DNA of 64,000 nucleotides, taken from positions 512,001 to 576,000 of the forward strand of contig CAVPJU010000006.1 of assembly GCA_963705505.1 (NCBI GenBank). Direction: 5' to 3'. The DNA comes from an uncultured bacterium. GTDB lineage: Bacteria; Desulfobacterota_D; UBA1144; Nemesobacterales; UBA2774. Under the pieces are notes generated by a model. The model was not told the DNA's origin and searched no databases. It worked only from the letters and a program-made list of their open reading frames with translations. Below are positions 59,656 through 64,000 of this stretch, piece by piece; positions within the stretch are counted from its first letter, which is position 1, and every line of letters starts with the position of its first letter. Made by a program: the position numbers and the translations under genes.

Positions 59656-60840
59656 ATGCCCTTTTTGAGAATGTGCTGTCCGGAGTCTCGCATGAGAAGA
59701 GCCGACTGCCGAATACTCAATATCAGCAAACGCATGATTTGGGTTTTTTTAACCCTGCCCGTATTTATTTTTTCGTTATCGGAAAATACCTCCGCAAATT
59801 CATATTATTATAAAAAAGAAGTTAACGGGGTCGTGTATTACACAAATATCGACCCAAAAAGCAGCGGATACAAGAAGATCGGAAGTCCCTGGGGGACGTT
59901 CCGCGGCACTCCCAAGAGCCAGAGGGGGTACCTCGATAAATACAATTACTCCGATGAATTCGATCAGCATATAAACAGCACCGCAAAGTGGTACGGCGTC
60001 GACCCGCTTCTCATAAAAGCGATGATAAAGGTAGAGTCAAATTTCAACCCCGATGCGGTTTCTCCCCAGGGGGCCATGGGCATAATGCAGCTGATGCCGG
60101 GAACGGCAGAGCGGATCGGGGTATCGGATCCGTTCGACCCCGTCGAGAATATCGAAGGCGGAGTCAAGTATTTCAATATGCTTATGGGTATGTTCAACAA
60201 TAACATGACGCTTGCGATAGCCGGGTATAACGCCGGGGAGAATGCCGTTATAAAGTACGGTTATAAAATTCCTCCGTACGATGAAACCATAGAATACGTG
60301 AACAGGGTTTATGCCCATTACGATTATCTGAAAAAAACTCCAGCCGAAAGAAATATCGCCTCTATGATCGCTAAGGAAACGGACAGAACCAATTCATCCG
60401 CCGGCAATAAAAAATCGTTTATATATGTCGAGACTCTCGCCGATAAAGGGGTGAGCAGTCAGGTAAACGCCAAACCGGCTCTCCCGAAACAACCTGCATT
60501 GACGGTCAAAGCGGAAAAAGTCGAAAGGAAAGCCGATAAAACCGCGGCAAGCGGAGATTCCGATACGGTAGCGGGTTCTCTGATTACGAATGACACCGAA
60601 GGGCAGTACGCGGTACAGCTGGCCTCGTTCCCCGACCTTCAGTTAGCAAAGGAGATGGAGGAGTCACTCAAGTCCAAGACCTATCAGGCTTACATAGAGA
60701 AAGTGGATTTGCCGGGCAAGGGGACCTGGTACAGGGTGAAAGTCGGCAAGTTTACTACTGAAGACGAGGCCAAGAGGTTCGGCGACGATATGATAAGCGT
60801 CGAGCCCGATGTTAAGTCCGTTCTGGTCACATTGAACTGA
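59656..60840 (+). CDS. Lytic transglycosylase (SLT) with C-terminal SPOR domain
   Basis: IKVESNFNPDAVSPQGAMGIMQLMP, AGYNAGE, PPYDETIEYV; YAVQLASF...GTWYRVKVGKF. The true start may be a later ATG (59734). Confidence 0.9.
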   Translation: MPFLRMCCPESRMRRADCRILNISKRMIWVFLTLPVFIFSLSENTSANSYYYKKEVNGVVYYTNIDPKSSGYKKIGSPWGTFRGTPKSQRGYLDKYNYSDEFDQHINSTAKWYGVDPLLIKAMIKVESNFNPDAVSPQGAMGIMQLMPGTAERIGVSDPFDPVENIEGGVKYFNMLMGMFNNNMTLAIAGYNAGENAVIKYGYKIPPYDETIEYVNRVYAHYDYLKKTPAERNIASMIAKETDRTNSSAGNKKSFIYVETLADKGVSSQVNAKPALPKQPALTVKAEKVERKADKTAASGDSDTVAGSLITNDTEGQYAVQLASFPDLQLAKEMEESLKSKTYQAYIEKVDLPGKGTWYRVKVGKFTTEDEAKRFGDDMISVEPDVKSVLVTLN

Positions 60841-61069
60841 TCCGTTCCAAAACCACAGGGCCGGTTGCTACTCCATGTTCGGCGGCGGGGTTGCTTAAGG
60901 GGATGGTGTTGTTTCACACCTCCGTTTACATTCCGAAACCGGTCTCTAATGTATATTATTTATAGCCCATATATATAATATTCATTATTTGTCCGGGCAC
61001 TCGAATTTATTCCCCTATTGTTATTATTAAAATTAATTTATCACGCCGGACTTAAAAGCCCGTTTTTCC

Positions 61070-61098
61070 TTGACTATCATAGCGCTTTTTTTTAAGAT
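61070..61098 (+). promoter_or_regulatory. Putative sigma-70 promoter
   Basis: TTGACT, 17 bp, TAAGAT. Confidence 0.6.
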
Positions 61099-61149
61099 AC
61101 TTAGAGCCGGTCTGGTAATTCGGTCGCCCGCTTATTAAGGAGACAATTT

Positions 61150-63150
61150 ATGAAGCCGATCATAATGGCAATTTTGATAATAGCCGCCTTCGGGTTTTTC
61201 TTCTACAACATTTATAACCTTGTGAAGATTCTTCGTCTGGGTAAATACGAACCCAGGTTCGATAATATCGGTGAAAGAATAAAAAGGGTGCTGATATACG
61301 TGTTCGGCCAGAAGAGGCTTGTAACAAATTATAAATTCGCCGGCGTAGAGCATTTCATGATTTTCTGGGGCTTCGTAATAATTACGATCGGAACTATCGA
61401 GATACTCATCGGCGGGGTATTCCCGGGCTTCAAACTGATCCCCGGCTCGGCGCATAAAGTCTATGAATTCGTACTGGATATAGTGCAGACACTGGTCGTC
61501 ATAGCCATTATAATGGGGATAATAAACAGGACCACTATCGCTAAGAGAAGGGAAGTAAACGGGCTCGATGCGGTCGTGATACTGGGGCTCATATTCGGGC
61601 TCATGGTTACCGCTCTCGGGGCTATGGCTACAAATGTAGCTATGGGCGCGGCGGAACCCGGATGGCTGCCTGTTTCGAGCACATTGTCAGGAGTTTTCTT
61701 TTCGGGCATGAGCGATTCCGGTCTTATGTATTCCCATGAATTTTTCTGGTGGTTCCATGTCCTCATAGTCATGGGATTCTTGAATTATCTGCCATATTCG
61801 AAGCACAGCCACGTATTTACAGCCATACCCAACGTGTTTTTCCAGAACCTTCAGCCGCGGGGGGCGCTTAAGCCCATTGACTTCGAAAATGTCCCCGAGG
61901 ACGTAGACCACTTCGGAGCGGGCAAAATACAGGATTTCACATGGAAGGACATACTTGACGCGTACACATGCACGGAGTGCGGAAGGTGTACGGATAACTG
62001 TCCCGCATGGCATACGGAGAAGCCGCTCTCGCCTCGAGAAATAGTTGTCAAGCTCAGGCACTATGCCTCGAGCGAAGGGAAAGAGCTTTTGAACGGGAAT
62101 TCCTCAAACGGCAAAGAGGCCCAAACCATACCCGGACCCGAATGGGTGACCGAGGAAGAGCTCTGGGCATGCACAAGCTGTAACGCCTGTGTCGAGCAGT
62201 GCCCGCTCTTTATAGACCAGATGGGGAAGATCATGGAAATGAGGCGATATCTTACGCTCGAGGGCAGGCTGACCGGGACGGCGGTCAAAACCCTGCAGAA
62301 GCTCCAGACCCAGGGGAATCCGTGGGGGTTCAGCGAGGGCGACCGCGCCAAATGGATCTCCGGATATGAAGGCGTAAACGTGATTGGTGAAAACGGAATC
62401 GAGGACGCAAGCGCATTTGAATATATTTACTGGATGGGGTGCTACGGGGGCTACGATCCGAGGGGACAGAAGATCGCGCAGTCGATAGTAAGCCTTCTGA
62501 CTCAGGCCGGGGTTAACTTCGCAGTCCTCGGACCCATGGAGAGCTGTACGGGCGACCCGGCGAGGAGGCTCGGGGAAGAGGCGTTATATCAGATGCTCGC
62601 CACACAGAACATCGAAACCTTAAACGGGCTCAAGGTCAAAAAAGTCATAGCCAACTGTCCTCATTGTTTCAACACTATCAAGAACGAATACCCGCAGTTC
62701 GGAGGCAACTACGAGGTCATAAACCATACACAGCTCCTGAACGATCTCGTGAAGCAGGGGAGATTAAAACCGACGAAGGAAATAAACAAGGATGTCGCCT
62801 ATCACGACCCGTGTTATCTCGGCAGGTATAACAGGGTCTTCGATGAACCGAGAGAGCTGCTTCAATCGATACCCGGACTCAGGCTTATCGAGCTTGACAG
62901 GAGGCGCGAGAAGAGCTTCTGCTGCGGGGCGGGCGGGGGAAAGATTTGGATGGAGGAAGACGCGCCGAGGGTCAACTGGAACAGGTTCGAGGAAGTGGAA
63001 TCTAAAAACCCCGACACGCTGGCTGTGGCATGTTATTTCTGCGATACGATGTTTGAGGATGCATCCAAACACGCCGGCAACGATAAGATAGAAATCAAGG
63101 ACATATCTGTGATTCTGAGGGAGTCTGTCGAGTCCGAGACCAAGGCCTGA
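61150..63150 (+). CDS. Membrane-bound Fe-S oxidoreductase, FadF / heterodisulfide reductase-like
   Basis: TM N-terminal domain, CTECGRCTDNCP and CTSCNACVEQCP ferredoxin motifs, CCG domains (CTGD, CPHC, HDPCYLGR, FCCGAGGG). Confidence 0.9.
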   Translation: MKPIIMAILIIAAFGFFFYNIYNLVKILRLGKYEPRFDNIGERIKRVLIYVFGQKRLVTNYKFAGVEHFMIFWGFVIITIGTIEILIGGVFPGFKLIPGSAHKVYEFVLDIVQTLVVIAIIMGIINRTTIAKRREVNGLDAVVILGLIFGLMVTALGAMATNVAMGAAEPGWLPVSSTLSGVFFSGMSDSGLMYSHEFFWWFHVLIVMGFLNYLPYSKHSHVFTAIPNVFFQNLQPRGALKPIDFENVPEDVDHFGAGKIQDFTWKDILDAYTCTECGRCTDNCPAWHTEKPLSPREIVVKLRHYASSEGKELLNGNSSNGKEAQTIPGPEWVTEEELWACTSCNACVEQCPLFIDQMGKIMEMRRYLTLEGRLTGTAVKTLQKLQTQGNPWGFSEGDRAKWISGYEGVNVIGENGIEDASAFEYIYWMGCYGGYDPRGQKIAQSIVSLLTQAGVNFAVLGPMESCTGDPARRLGEEALYQMLATQNIETLNGLKVKKVIANCPHCFNTIKNEYPQFGGNYEVINHTQLLNDLVKQGRLKPTKEINKDVAYHDPCYLGRYNRVFDEPRELLQSIPGLRLIELDRRREKSFCCGAGGGKIWMEEDAPRVNWNRFEEVESKNPDTLAVACYFCDTMFEDASKHAGNDKIEIKDISVILRESVESETKA

Positions 63151-63316
63151 TCCGGAAAGATTTAATGCGTGCTCAGGACTTTTTCACAATAATCCCGGGG
63201 CGGCGACTTCTGCTTATAGATATAACGTAGTAGTAATTTATTGATTTTGCTAAATCCTATATTAACATCTGCCTTCCGGTTTGTAAGTTTATTTAATATA
63301 GTTAAGATTTATAACC

Positions 63317-64000
63317 ATGAACTATCTGGATCCGTGTTCATGTCTCTTTATAGACTCAGGCGGCGGCTGGTCGGGGTCCGGCGGCGGGAAGGGCACCTTC
63401 ATTCATTTCGGAGAACCCAGAGGGTCATTTTATTCCGAGGGGGGCTTAGTGACCGTAAGAACGGAAAACGGCTCGTCACAAACAAGCCGCGACCCTTTAT
63501 TGATCCTTGAGGGTTACCTGAGCGAGGGGTACACAGCCGCGGGATACATCGGGTATGAATACTCCGCTTACACTGACACGGGCTTCATCCCTGCACGAAT
63601 TAAAGAAGGCGACAGATTCCCGGATATGAATTTTCTTCTTTTCCGGGACGAGGATATCTCAACCGGGGATTCCGCGAAACTAAAATTTGAGCCCGGCGGA
63701 CAGAGGCATGTCCCCGACAATTTAAAACATCGCCAAGAAGCCGTCCATGAATTAAAATCGAATCTGAGCAGGGACGAATACGTAAGGATGGTCGGGCTTG
63801 CAAAAAGATACATAAAATACGGGGACATATATCAGGTTAATCTTTCACAGAGGTATACAGTCGAATACCGGCTGCCCGCCATTGAATGCTTTTTGCGGAT
63901 GTTTCACGTGCAACAAGTGCCTTTCGGCTGCTATCTGGATTTCGGTGATTTTCAGTTGGCGAGCGGGTCGATGGAGCTTTTTTTGCGCAAAAATGGAGAT
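63317..64000 (+). CDS. Chorismate-binding component I (PabB/TrpE family), 3' truncated by window edge
   Basis: Not in the ORF track; frame from ATG 63317 is open to the end with AAGYIGYEY, GDIYQVNLSQR, PFGCYLD, SGSMELFL. Confidence 0.85.
   Translation, partial: MNYLDPCSCLFIDSGGGWSGSGGGKGTFIHFGEPRGSFYSEGGLVTVRTENGSSQTSRDPLLILEGYLSEGYTAAGYIGYEYSAYTDTGFIPARIKEGDRFPDMNFLLFRDEDISTGDSAKLKFEPGGQRHVPDNLKHRQEAVHELKSNLSRDEYVRMVGLAKRYIKYGDIYQVNLSQRYTVEYRLPAIECFLRMFHVQQVPFGCYLDFGDFQLASGSMELFLRKNGD

Noticed and set aside
63241..63510. 89-aa ORF in the track
   Set aside because: Overlaps the PabB/TrpE-family frame starting at 63317.
1..64000. CRISPR array, rRNA, transposase, integrase or prophage genes
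   Set aside because: No regularly spaced repeat-spacer units, rRNA-like stretches or such protein motifs seen.

Overview
Bacterial chromosomal window of moderate GC; gene content loosely suggests a Desulfobacterota-like or Dadabacteria-like lineage (low-confidence inference). Core genes (grxD/bolA, ispE, hisG-murA-prmC, pstSCAB-arsC-phoU, tyrA-hisC, mutS, groES/EL, radC) alternate with accessory regions. These include a membrane (GT-C) glycosylation cluster around a ~1,630-aa pentapeptide/G8/TMEM2-like secreted protein, a 646-bp integrase-less islet at tRNA-Glu(CTC), an ergothioneine locus (type II-like egtB, egtD, DUF427, ABC transporter), an exosortase H-type pair and a c-di-GMP-I riboswitch ahead of an SLT-SPOR gene. 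The most unusual signals are missing from the ORF track: two tandem paralogous 25-aa ORFs that are almost entirely lipoprotein signal peptide and would yield lipo-hexapeptides (CKCNLG, CQCGIG), and a ~90-nt candidate sRNA with tandem anti-Shine-Dalgarno motifs. Eight frameshifts in six genes, including groEL and prmC, are most likely assembly indel errors. All calls come from reading the sequence by eye; no searches were run.
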